From: Camelus dromedarius
Lineage: Eukaryota
Direction of reading: 5' to 3'
NCBI RefSeq assembly: GCF_036321535.1
Contig: NC_087441.1
Location: forward strand, 45,756,001 to 45,820,000
DNA: 64,000 nt
Part shown: positions 1 through 11,049 of the stretch, piece by piece
Numbering within the stretch: the stretch's first letter is position 1
How the letters are laid out: each line of letters starts with the position of its first letter
Program-made: the position numbers and the translations under genes
The notes under the pieces: model-generated
The model's input: only the letters and a program-made list of their open reading frames with translations
Databases searched by the model: none
What the model was told of the DNA's origin: nothing

Positions 1-189
1 ACTTGAGCATCCACAAATTTTGGTATCCTGGAGGTGGGGGGTGTCTTTTTAATAGTTTTTTGTCTCCTGTCATTGCTTCCTGCCTTCATTGTGCTTTCTG
101 GTGGAAGTTTCTTACCCAGCTCTTTTTCTATTCCTAATCTTTTGTGAAGTTCAACTAAAAATACTGAGCATATTAAAATCATGCACAGT

Positions 190-350
190 GGGGAAGGTAC
201 AGCTCAGTGATAGAGTACAAACCTAGCATGCACGAGGTCCTGGGTTCAATCCCCAGTGCTTCCATTAAAATAAGTAAGTAAATAAACCTAATTAACCCCC
301 CGAAAACAAACAAAAACAAAAAACTACCACAAACAAACAAAATAAGTAAA
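190..350 (+). mobile_element. vic-1-type camelid tRNA-derived SINE
   Basis: GGGGAAGGTACAGCTCAGTGATAGAG (A box), GGGTTCAATCCCCAG (B box), then AATAAACCTAATTA and an A-rich tail. Confidence 0.85.
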
Positions 351-794
351 ACATTTTTTAAAAATCTTGAGCAATGAAAGGTATAAATAGACTCTTAGAA
401 TCTGAAATGTTCTCTTATGAGTAATGTGTTTTGATGTATTGATTTCTGATTTTGTTGCCCAAGTCCCTTTCACTCCTACTTTCTGGCTTTTGCTTATTAC
501 TAGGTAAAATTACTATGATTTATTTGCTAGATGATATTTTAATAGTTTATACTGTTTTCTTTTTTAGCATGTCTGTGATTTAAGGTTAATCGTGGGTTTT
601 CAATATAGAGGCTCATCAGTAGGGTTTAAAGAGCCATTTGAAACCCCAGAATTACATACAAAATTCTTTTGGAGAATGGATCTACAAATGGTTAAGAACA
701 ATTTATTCATTCAGTAAATATTTATCGACATCTGTTTTTTACCAGACACTGTGTCTCTACTGGGGATACAGCAATGAACAAAACAAGGACAGTA

Positions 795-1094
795 CAGTGG
801 GCCTTCTGCATTTGTGGGTTTTGCACCCATGAATTTGACCAACTGTGGATTGAAAATGTTAGGGGGAAAAGTTTCAGAAAGTTCCAAAGGAAAAACAAAT
901 TTATGCAGCACTGGCAACTATTACAAGTAACCTAGAGATGATATTAAGTATACAGGAGATGTGCATAGGTTGTAAGCAAATACAACACCATTTTATATAA
1001 GGGACTTGAGCATCCATGAATTTTGGTGTCCACATCACAGGGTGTGGGGGGGTGTCTGGAGCTAATCCCCCTCAGGTGCCTCAGGGGATAATTG
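795..1094. mobile_element. Tigger3/MER2-like non-autonomous DNA transposon; a second partial copy lies at 1-45
   Basis: Flanked by TA on both sides (793-794, 1095-1096); internal AAGGGACTTGAGCATCC...TTTTGG typical of the MER2/Tigger3 group. Confidence 0.7.
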
Positions 1095-1140
1095 TACCCC
1101 TAAAACTAGACAAGGCAAAACTGTATTTCTCTAATTCTTT

Positions 1141-1237
1141 TTCTTTTTTTTTAATTGAAGTTACAGTCATTTACAATGTGTTAATTTCTGGTGTACAACA
1201 CAACGTCCCAGTCAGTGCATATACATATATATACTTG
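1141..1237 (-). mobile_element. Short 3' end of a young camelid-type L1
   Basis: Poly-T followed by AATTGAAGTTACAGTCATTTACAATGTGTTAATTTCTGGTGTACA; same family as 18075-18381. Confidence 0.75.
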
Positions 1238-1279
1238 TTCTTTCTGATCATTTATACTCTTCTCTTTTCTTCTGTGCAG

Positions 1280-1378
1280 GAAAAACAAGAATGGTGGTGG
1301 CTCTATATCGCAGATAGGAAGGAACAGACATTAATATCTATGCCATATCACGTGTGTACACTAAAAGATATGGAAGAG
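1280..1378 (+). CDS. SEC63: SEC63 internal coding exon (human exon 19 equivalent), 99 nt
   Basis: Polypyrimidine tract and CAG acceptor at 1277-1279, GT donor at 1379; encodes EKQEWWWLYIADRKEQTLISMPYHVCTLKDMEE, matching the C-terminal Sec63/Brl region of mammalian SEC63. Confidence 0.97.
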
Positions 1379-2119
1379 GTAATTATCCAACAGCATTACT
1401 TTAGTGTTTACAAATGGACAGCATCTCATCATCATGCTGCTACTTCATAAAATCTTTTTAGAAATCAGTTAATCACATTTGGCTTACTGCATTTTATTTA
1501 AGACACAACTTTTTCCTGATGTCTTTTGAGGGGAGTTCATTGGAAGTTTATAAAGTACTGAATTGTTAAAGGTAGACAACTTGATCAGTTTTTTAAAACC
1601 TTGTTCTTAACTTATTTGGGGGGGAATTTTCACTGTTACTAAGAACATATGCATTTCCTTCTCTCCAGAATTTAATTGTGTTTTTACAGATATTTATGAT
1701 ATTTATCCTCATTGGATTAGTGCTCAGATATACTCCTTTTGTCTTAAAAAAAATGTAAAAACTGGTGATTTGGTTTTTGGGGTTTTTGGGGGGTGGAATT
1801 TTTTATTACTTGCATTTGTCCACTGTCAGTGACATCACTAACATAGCATTGTGATGAACATACTTTACCCTTGGGTTTTACTGTTTTTCTTCTTGATTTT
1901 TTATGTCACTTTTCTAGAAATAAGGTTCTGTCTACCTGGACTTGGTGGACAAGAGCAAGACTTGTGAATTTCAAGATAGTTCTATGATGTTGATTTTTAA
2001 TTCAAAAAGCTTTTTCCTCCCTTTCTAACCAAGTAATAAATGTATGAAATAGTTTATTATTTGACACTTAGAGTTAGTGCCAACTTAAGGGTATTTCTTT
2101 GACAGTAATTTTAAACATT

Positions 2120-4030
2120 TTTTTCAATTTAAATTTTGCTTATTTTTAAATAGATACTACATTCACCTAGTTAATATTTCAGAAGATACACAAAAGTGCA
2201 CACATTGAAACATTTTGCATTCTTATCTCTCAGTCACCCATTCCCCTTCCTGGAGACCATCAGTGTCACATTTTTATGTATTTTTCATGTGATATTGGAT
2301 GTAAATCAGGCAAATACATAGGTGTATTTTCCCCAGTTTTGTGCAAAAATAAGCATACACCATGTTCTGCACCTTACTTTTTTCTCTCAGTGATGTAACT
2401 TGGAATTTGCACCATGTTAATACAGAAAAGCTTCCTCATTTGTTTTTATACCTGCATGATATTCTTTTGTATGGAAGATCATTTATTCAGCACTCAGCCA
2501 TTTCATGGACTGACAGGTTGATTCATGTCTTTTGTGGCAGTGAATAATGTCATATTTCATTTTGCACATGTGCAAACATATCTATAGAATAAATTCAGAG
2601 AAGTAGAATTAATGAATCAGAGGTCTGCACATTTGTAATTTTGATAGATACTGCTAGATATTTATTTCTCTATAGGGAGAATGAAGGTTTAAGTATGCCC
2701 ATTGCCTCTCAGTGTGTGAGACATTTTGAATGTCATTGCTAAGCAGAAAGGTAAAAAATGATGTCTCAGAGTAATTTTTTCCTCCTCTGATCTTTTATTT
2801 TTAAAAGCTTCAAACCTATAAAAGTGTGGCAAGCACACTATCATGAGCCCCCATAGACCCTTCATCTACATTGACCAGTTGTTAACGTTTTGCCATATAT
2901 ATTTTATAGCTCTGTGTGTATACACAAAAAAATGTCTTTCCATCCCTTACCCTCCTGAGGTACTTGCAGACATGACAGTATACCCCCTAAATACTTGAAC
3001 GTGTGTCTTCTTAGAACAGCGATCTATTCCTACATAAGCACAGCATATTTATTCTTCTATTTGGGAAATTTAACATTGATATGGTGTTACTACCTAACAT
3101 GTGGTCTATATTCAGATTTCCTTGAATAGTCCACTAATGTTTGTTAAATTTTTCGTTTTGTTTTTAAATTCAGTGTCCAGTCAAGGATCATGAATTATGT
3201 TTGGATGTCATTCCTCTTTAGTGCAGAACATTCCCCTGGCCTTTTCCACTTTTTCATGCTGTTGACATTTTTGAAGAGTCTGGGCTAGGTATTTTGTAAA
3301 ATGTCCCTTAATTTTAGTTTGTCTCATTGTTTATTGTATTCATCTTTAATATTTTGTCTCATTGTTTACTGTATTCATCTTTAATATTTTGGGCAAACAT
3401 CAGGGGCACATTTATATCAGTTTGTCCAACTTTGGTGATATGTTATGATTCATCATTTAGTTAAGGCTTTTCTATATTGTGAAAAGTATTTCTTCCTCTA
3501 ATCTGTGGGGTGATATTTGGACACTATGTGGCTATTCTGCTCTCCAGCAGTCTCTTGCCCACTCATTTTAGCATACATTGATTATTCTTGCCTGATGCTG
3601 ATTGTATTCAGTGTAGTTTTAATTTTGTATTTCCCTGAAGAGTGAAACTAAACATCTTTTTCACTGTGTTTGAATTATATTTCTTTGTGTGTCTATTTGT
3701 GACCATTGCCCATTTTTGTTGGGTTATTGGTCTTTTAAATTGGTTTGGGGACTTTTTTTTTAATATTATGAAATTAGCCTTTTGTGATGTGTGTTGCAAA
3801 CATTTTCCCCCAGTTTGTTTTACCATTGTTGTTTTTACCAAAGCAAAAATAGAAATACTTGTTTATTTGTTTATCCATTGATTTATTTGGGGGTAATGGG
3901 TAGTATGATTTAGTAATTTTTTTCTGTATGATTTCTCAATTTGGTGTTACAGTTAGAAAGGCCAAACTTTGATATTAATTTAAAAAAAAATTTTTCCCAT
4001 GATGTTTTCTAGCTTGTTTGTTTTAATGGC
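2120..4030 (-). mobile_element. Fragmented old L1M-type sequence in SEC63 intron
   Basis: T-rich antisense L1 3'-region motifs such as GCACATTTGTAATTTTGATAGATACTG and TTTGTGATGTGTGTTGCAAACATTTTCCCCCAG. Subfamily and boundaries are approximate. Confidence 0.5.
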
Positions 4031-4256
4031 ATATTTTAATATGTAATCTTGCCTACAAAATCTGGATTTTGGAAGTTGGAGGCGGATTACCAGAACATCT
4101 AAATGTCAAAAGCTTATTCTTCCTTTGTCCAAGTGGACTAGAAACTTCTAAGAGTTTATAACTCTTTGTATTTGAAGAGAGTTCAAAATAATCATCATTT
4201 ATTATTATATGATAGGAAATAAAATATCTTTTTGACCTTTTAAAGCATTGGGCATC

Positions 4257-5178
4257 TGTAAAGGAAAAATGTATTTCTCCTGTTTGTCCCTCCTTTACTC
4301 TAACACTACTGCCACAGTCACAACACTCTTACACCAGTTTGTGGGTTTTCCCCACAGCAAGCAATTCTTTGTGATGCCAGCTGAGTGTCAGGCGTTTAAC
4401 ACAGTGCTGTCACTGTCTACCTGGCTATCTACCTCAGCTTAAGGGTTCCACAAGACTGCCATGCCCCTGCTCTTCACCTTTAGATGCCAGTCACAGATCC
4501 CAAGTTGTCACCTATACTTCTGATCAGATTAGTATAAATTGTGGTTCCCGTGATCCTCTCCTTGGGTTCAATAATTTGCTAGAATGGCTCACAGAACCCA
4601 GGGAAACATATTTACCAGTTTATTATAAAAATAATATGATAAAAAATAAAATAACATGATTAAAGGAAACAAATGAACATCCAGATGGAAGAGATACATA
4701 GGGCAGGATATGTGGGAAGGGGCATGGAGCTCCCAAGGTTTCTGAGTATACTCCTCTCCCAGCACCCCACATGTTCACCAACTCAGAAGTTCACTGAACC
4801 CCTTACTTTGGGGATTTTTATGGAGGTTTTATCATAAGACATAACTGATCATTAACTCAGTTTCTAACTCCTCTTCAGAGAATGGAGGTTGGGACTAAAA
4901 GTTCCAAACTTCTGATCACAGCCTGGTCTTTCCAGTGACCGGTCCTCGTGTAGCAGCGCATCAGGAAGCACACTTCATTAGAAGAGAACACATTTCTGTC
5001 ATCCAGGAAATTCCAAGGGATTTACGAGCTTAGTTTCAGGAACTAGAGTCAAAGACCAAATATTAGAACAAAAGATGCTCCTTGTGTTCTTATCATTTAG
5101 GAAATTACAGGGTTTTGAGGAGCTCTGTGCCCAGATCTGAGGGTAGAGACCAATGTGTATATTTTCTGTTATCTCACA
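4257..5178. mobile_element. MER21-like solo LTR
   Basis: TG...CA ends; 5-bp flanks GCATC/GCATT; internal TCCTTGGGTTCAATAATTTGCTAGAATGGCTCACAGAAC typical of MER21. Confidence 0.7.
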
Positions 5179-5605
5179 GCATTTGTCTTAGAAATAAGAA
5201 AATGTGGCAAGAACTATTTCTTGTATGGTGAAGTCTATTTTATTTCCACATTTCACTTATTTTACTTTTATACCCTACTTCATTTCTTCAGGTTGTCAAG
5301 GTGTGATGGTCAACATAGAACTTGATTGCTTTAAATATACTTCTCACATTGTGGAGATAGAAATTAACCCCATCAATTCTGCCAATTTGGTTTCCTTTTT
5401 GTGTAGTATGTATAATGTATGACGTAAATGTCACATATATATATATATGTTTTTGTTAGAACCTTTGTAACTTCTTTTTAGGATATCCTGTGTCACCTGA
5501 GTAAACTCTCACTATTAAATACTCTGGTCTAAGAGTTTCAGGAGTGAGCTGTTGTTTCTTCCACTCTTCAAAATACAGATTTTTAGTGCTGATTTTATCT
5601 TCTAG

Positions 5606-5710
5606 GTAGAACTGAAGTTTCCTGCACCAGGCAAACCTGGAAATTATCAGTATACAGTATTTCTAAGGTCAGACTCCTATATGGGTTTGGATCAGATTAA
5701 ACCACTGAAG
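5606..5710 (+). CDS. SEC63: SEC63 penultimate coding exon (exon 20 equivalent), 105 nt
   Basis: TAG acceptor at 5603-5605, donor AAG|GTAAGA at 5711; encodes VELKFPAPGKPGNYQYTVFLRSDSYMGLDQIKPLK, in phase with the flanking exons. Confidence 0.97.
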
Positions 5711-6685
5711 GTAAGAGTAATGACTATTCAGTAAATATGGTCGTCTATTTGAATGAGTGCTTAGTATACTAGGGAAGCATTTCTGGTTTTGAAATGTAGA
5801 GTAGTAGAGGGAAAAAGAGGTCATCTCATACTTTTTATATAATACACTTGACGGACTACTCTTTCAGTAATAAACTTAAATTGTGTTAAGGAAGTAGAAC
5901 GATTTAGAACATTGAGTATAAATTACTTAAGTGATACATTTTAGTGTGCTGTAATATGCTGTAATTTTATAGGGCCTCACCAAATGGGTTCTGTTTTCTT
6001 TAGAAAAGTACATGTGTTTTCCCACGGATTCTATTGGGGTGTTCATTAATTTCTGAAAATAATTTATTTTTTTATCATTTTAGCATATATACTTTGTGTA
6101 TCATTTAAAGGACAGTCCTATCAGTGTTTACCTTTTCACTTGAGGTTTTTATAGAAGGCATTCTGTTGTGTTAGGAGATGACGCTGAAGAAGTATTGTTG
6201 CACTGTGTACTGGAGACCCGAGTGAAGGGAGCCGGTGAAGGCCTGCCTCTTGTTTCTCAAGAGGGTACCATATTTCTTTCCATGGGTGTACAATGGTACT
6301 TCATGAGTCTGGAGTCTGCAAAATTCTTCCTTGGAAGTCACATTTGAGTTTTTCTTCCCTCAGCAGAAGCCTTACTAAGATTTTACTCAGTGTTCTTGCT
6401 CAAGAATCACAATTATTCATCTTTCATGACACAGAATAAATAGTATAGCTTCTGTAAAATCAAAATATCAGACTATGTTAGAAATTTAACTACATTTATG
6501 TTTGAAGATTTACCTTTTTATTTCTGGGATGAATCTCTATTCCAAATGTGTTAAATTTAGAGTTTAAAAACATAAAACCTATTTCTTTGTAATTGCTGTG
6601 GTCAAAGAAAACTTTTTCTTTACCAGATATTTCTTCCATTATTCCTCCCCAAATTTCTAATGTCTACATTTAATTCTTTTTATAG

Positions 6686-6829
6686 TTGGAAGTTCATGAG
6701 GCTAAACCNNNNNNNNNNNNNNNNNNNNNNNNNNNNNNNNNNNNNNNNNNNNNNNNNNNNNNNNNNNNNNNNNNNNNNNNNNNNNNNNNNNNNNNNNNNN
6801 NNNNNNNNNNNNNNNNNNNNNNNNNNNNN
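6686..6829 (+). CDS. SEC63: SEC63 last coding exon; only 6686-6708 (LEVHEAKP) is visible and the rest lies in an N gap
   Basis: TAG acceptor at 6683-6685, then TTGGAAGTTCATGAGGCTAAACC. The end coordinate is inferred by assuming the human-length 47-aa acidic tail plus stop, which fits inside the 140-N gap. Confidence 0.85.
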
Positions 6830-6848
6830 NNNNNNNNNNNNNNNNNNN
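6709..6848. other. Assembly gap (140 N)
   Basis: Run of N. Confidence 1.
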
Positions 6849-9800
6849 ACAATATTTGCACATATTTGCAAATTTTTGCTGTTTTGGAAGTGTGTAATAA
6901 ACCAGAAACAGTACCGAACTGATGTTGAGGGAGGTGTTAGTTCTTTACTAGAAATGGGTGCATAATATAACTAGGCAGTGGTGGTGCCTTGGTACACTTT
7001 GGAAAATGGCTAAGGCTTGTTAAAGCCTTTAAAGTATGGGATGGTGCATTTATTTCATCTGCAAATGATAATAAACCCTTTGTTATAACTGTCCAGAAGT
7101 GTGGGCTGTATTATCTGATCAATTTATGGTCCCAGTAAAAGTAAAGGTACATGAAAAACAATCTATAAATGAGCGACTTTTCTTTGTTTAGCTTTAGTTT
7201 TAGCAAACATTAAAATATGATAAACACCACAAAATATGTTTTAAGTAATATCTGTTCAAGTTTTAATCTCTTAATAAGCTCTATTATTCATTTACTGACA
7301 TTTTGCAGTGATATAAGACTATTTATAACAGCTCCATTCATTGCTTTAAACATTTTATTTTTGCCTATCTTGGTCATAATTTGGCGTTCTGTCACATTCC
7401 AGATAATACAGAGGGCTACATTTTGGGATTTCTTTTTCTTAATTGCCCAGAGTTATCAGATAGATTATAAAAATGGCTTTTAATGGCTTAAAACATTTTT
7501 AAGCCTCTATTTTAGCAGATCAGTGCAGGATCTAATTCTTTTTATAAGCTATAGATCTAAAAATGATTGTGGGACCATATGTTCTCTGATGTTGGTGACT
7601 TACGTTATTAAACCTTTTTTAAAAGGTTCATTATAAAAGCTGAAATACATACTTAGCTTTTAATCTACCTGACTCTATCAGAAGCCTTTTAAGGAAAAAA
7701 TATATATAAACATGCAAAGGAGGCATTTTTTTGTATTCATTTTGGACTCCTGTCAATAAAATAGAAGTTTGACTCATTTTACGTTTGTAACGGTGTGTGT
7801 CTTTTTACTCCCAGAAAGGGATATAGTAGGATAACTCATTCTTTTTATTTTTCAACTAAAAATTAAGTAATACTGTACATGACTGCTGAAGTGACTGCTA
7901 TTTCTGTTACTATAGAAAAACCTATGCTCAGGAGGAATTTCCCCCTCACACATTCACAGAGTATAACCTGGAAGGATAGTGCTTATAAAGAGCAGAAATG
8001 TGTACATGATGAATTACTGAGATAAGATGAATATTTTTATTACTAGTATGGAGGAAGCATAAGTCTGTAATATTACAGGACTGATTGTAATCCTCTCCTA
8101 TCAAAATCTCCATAGACCAAAGTACTGTTGGAATACTAATTTGTGACCTTGTTTACTTAAAAGGTTGCCTCTTTCCATACAGATTTACGACGAGTATTTT
8201 GTTACTGCAGTAGTTGGAAATAAAATTTGAAAATTACCAAAAACATGAATGGGTTTTTTTTGGTTCTCAATTTAGGATGTAATATTTCCTATAACATGGG
8301 CAGAGCAGTTTTTTCACTGACACTTCCATCACCTGTTTTTCTTTTTAAAGGTGTTAGTGAGACCCTTCCTTGGCAAGCAGAAGTGCCACTGAGGATTTAT
8401 TTCATTTTATAAGTAGAGGGTGGGTTTAATTTTCGAGTCAGGCTTTGCTGGGAAGCTGCTGGTTACCTAAGTGAGGTGGAAGGGAGTGAGCCAGCCTGTA
8501 GCATCCAGTGGAAAGAGAAGTTAGAGAAAAAGGCAGGTTGGTGTGAAGGCAAGGAAAGTGAGCAAATGAAACAATGTGTGTGTGGTATGTGGCAGTCCTG
8601 GCTTTCTTGAAGGATACTTCTCTAGAAAAGTATTTCTATTCTAGTGGCTCTTTCGTCTTAAAAGAGGCTTCGTAAGTTCATTCAAACAACTGGCTTCTTC
8701 TGATTTTAAGACTAGACAATGATTTCACAACCCAGTAACTCACCATAGTGCTTAAAAAACCAGCATCACCTCTTTAGGAAGTTCTGCTAGTCTGTTTTCC
8801 TTTGCCATTTGTGTGGTACGTGTGTACCTCCCAACCGAATAACGCAGTTTCCTCTAGTGAGTACTGTAGGTAAGCTCTTTCCACATGGCAACAGTGAAAG
8901 AACTGAGCCCTCAGTTACAGTTCTCATCTCTTCTTTCTTTCTCTTAATTGAGATTTAACAACTAACTTAGCTTAGTTTGTATTTAATTGAATGGAAACTT
9001 TTATTGAGTGCAGTTCCAGTTTTGTTCCATCAAGAAAGAGTGATATTTTGTCAACATAATAGATGAACATAATAGATGAAAACATTCAGTGTGTGTATAC
9101 AAAGTTAAACTGATTATTTATGAAACTAAGCTACTTAAACTGTATAATGCTTTTATCTCTTTACATTGGTGTAGTACCTGTTAAAAGATACTCTTCCATG
9201 AGGAGGCCACAATTGAAGCTGTAACTTTTTGTTACACAACTTGTTGGAGGCCCCATGGTGTTTTCCATGTGCATGTCTCAATCTCGAAGTCAAATGTTCC
9301 TGTCCTTTAAATTTTTAAAAAATTTTTTGCAAATACTTTTTTAAAATTAAAGAGTCCATTGAGTAAGTTTCTCTGCGTAGGACAGACACACTGTTCTATT
9401 TCTCCCAGCACTGGAGTAGAGAAGGATGAGCCTGTCTGGCTGCAGGGCTCTCCTGCACAGTGGGAAGCTCAGGCCCTGGCTGGAAGCAGAGCGGGTGGAT
9501 GGACGGCAGAGGACTGCTGTGGAAAAGGGGAGCAAGGGTGTTGAATGTGATGAGACCAAGCATATTCTTGACCATGACATTTATCCAGTTGTTTACTTGA
9601 GCCAATCAAAACCATATACAGAGTGTTTCTAGCAACAATTGTTATTTCAAATGTAATTCAGCACTTCACATGCTTTCCGAGGGGTTGTTCATCAATCATC
9701 ACATATTTACTGAGTTTCAACGTGGCCGGGTCTGTGATTGGACCCTGGGGCTATACAGATCAAAGAATTGGTGTTCTTAAGGTCTCACAGGCTTTAGGGC

Positions 9801-10440
9801 AGGCAGGTATGTGGCAAACCATCTGCACTGGCTAATGGTCATTTTTTGGAATGTCTTTATTTATTTTTTAAGTCCACTGTAGGCAGAGGAATTTTTTTTA
9901 GGTGCTAGCTACTTTTTGGCTTTAAAAAAAAATAGGTAAATTCTCATCCTTTATTATGAAGTATTTCTTCAAAGCATTTTCCTCCCCAAATATTCTTACT
10001 CAACTTCATGAAGTCCCCTATTTAATCTGCCTTATGATAACTGAAACAGCTGTCAGTGAATCACATTGTGACATTTTACCAGCTGTGCAGTGGTTAGTCC
10101 AGATATGTCTTAAAATGTTAGCATCAAGCATCTTTGCACATTTAAATTTGATGCTAGGGCTATTTTGCAAAACTAAAAAAAAGGAAAAAAAGCTATGATC
10201 TTGTACATTTTTCTGTAACTTCAGCTAAAAATTCAAATCTAGCAATCATGGGCATGATTCAGGGCTGTGCTTTCAGGTGGGAGTGTGTACAGTTCATTGG
10301 GAAAATGTTAAAATGCTTATTTGTATTTAATCTCATCCTTTTAAATTTCTATTTTTGTGTGTTTTATAATGTACATAATATGTTGTACAGTTGTACACTT
10401 TATAATTTATAAATAAATAATACATTTACTGGTGCATTAT
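6830..10440 (+). other. SEC63: SEC63 3' UTR (distal end uncertain)
   Basis: AT-rich, largely repeat-free sequence after the last exon, with AATAAA at 6896, 7070, 7755, 8219 and 10412. The end is chosen from the last hexamer and my recollection that the human UTR is ~4 kb. Confidence 0.6.
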
Positions 10441-11014
10441 ACAATTTTTTTCTGATTTCAGTGATCAAATTATTTGGATATGCTGCTTTGAAGTATCGAT
10501 ATAGTGCCATTTAAGCTAAAACTGCAGTTCGGACCTTTGGTATTCACCATTTGAGTTCACAAGGTGATGCTCCTCTGCTGGAGTCAAAGGGTTGGCATTC
10601 ACCATGTAGCAAAGTGATATTTTTTGAGGTGGAACCAAGTAGGTTTGGTGATGGGGTTAATAGACAAGGGGAGGATTCCAAGCATCTATTGTCCACTGAA
10701 TGAAAGTGGAACAGGTGAGGGCAGAAGTGCCAAGTGCAGCTTCCTGGGGCTTCCAGCAAAGTCTACAGCTCTGTTAGTGGTCCCTGCAATCAGTGGCTGC
10801 TACAGACACAGGTGCATGTGAGAAGGGCTGTCCACTCTCTTTTCGGCACTAGCTGGCTCAGCATTCACCCGTCAGGCTGGGTATGCTAAGGGTGCTGTGT
10901 TCCTTTACCTTTCTGAACACCTGAAGTCTACACTTTAAGTTCTGTATAACTGCAGCAGTGGATACCACATAGGTACGAGCAGATTCTAGAAAGAGCAACT
11001 TCCAACTATTTCCC

Positions 11015-11049
11015 CGCAGTTTCTAGCCTGGCTCCGGTAGAGGGCGACA
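11015..11049 (+). promoter_or_regulatory. CTCF site with core and upstream (ZF9-11) motif
   Basis: Core CCGGTAGAGGGCG (11034-11046) fits CCRSYAGRKGGCR; upstream CGCAGTTTC (11015-11023) sits at the usual spacing. Confidence 0.7.

Noticed and set aside
1016-1450. 144-aa ORF overlapping SEC63 exon 19
   Set aside because: Only 1280-1378 is coding; the rest is Tigger, L1 and intron sequence that happens to be open in frame.
9394-9620. GC-richer patch in the SEC63 3' UTR with a TTTCTCCCAG acceptor as an alternative last exon
   Set aside because: It would encode only HWSREG-stop and nothing beyond a common AG motif supports it.
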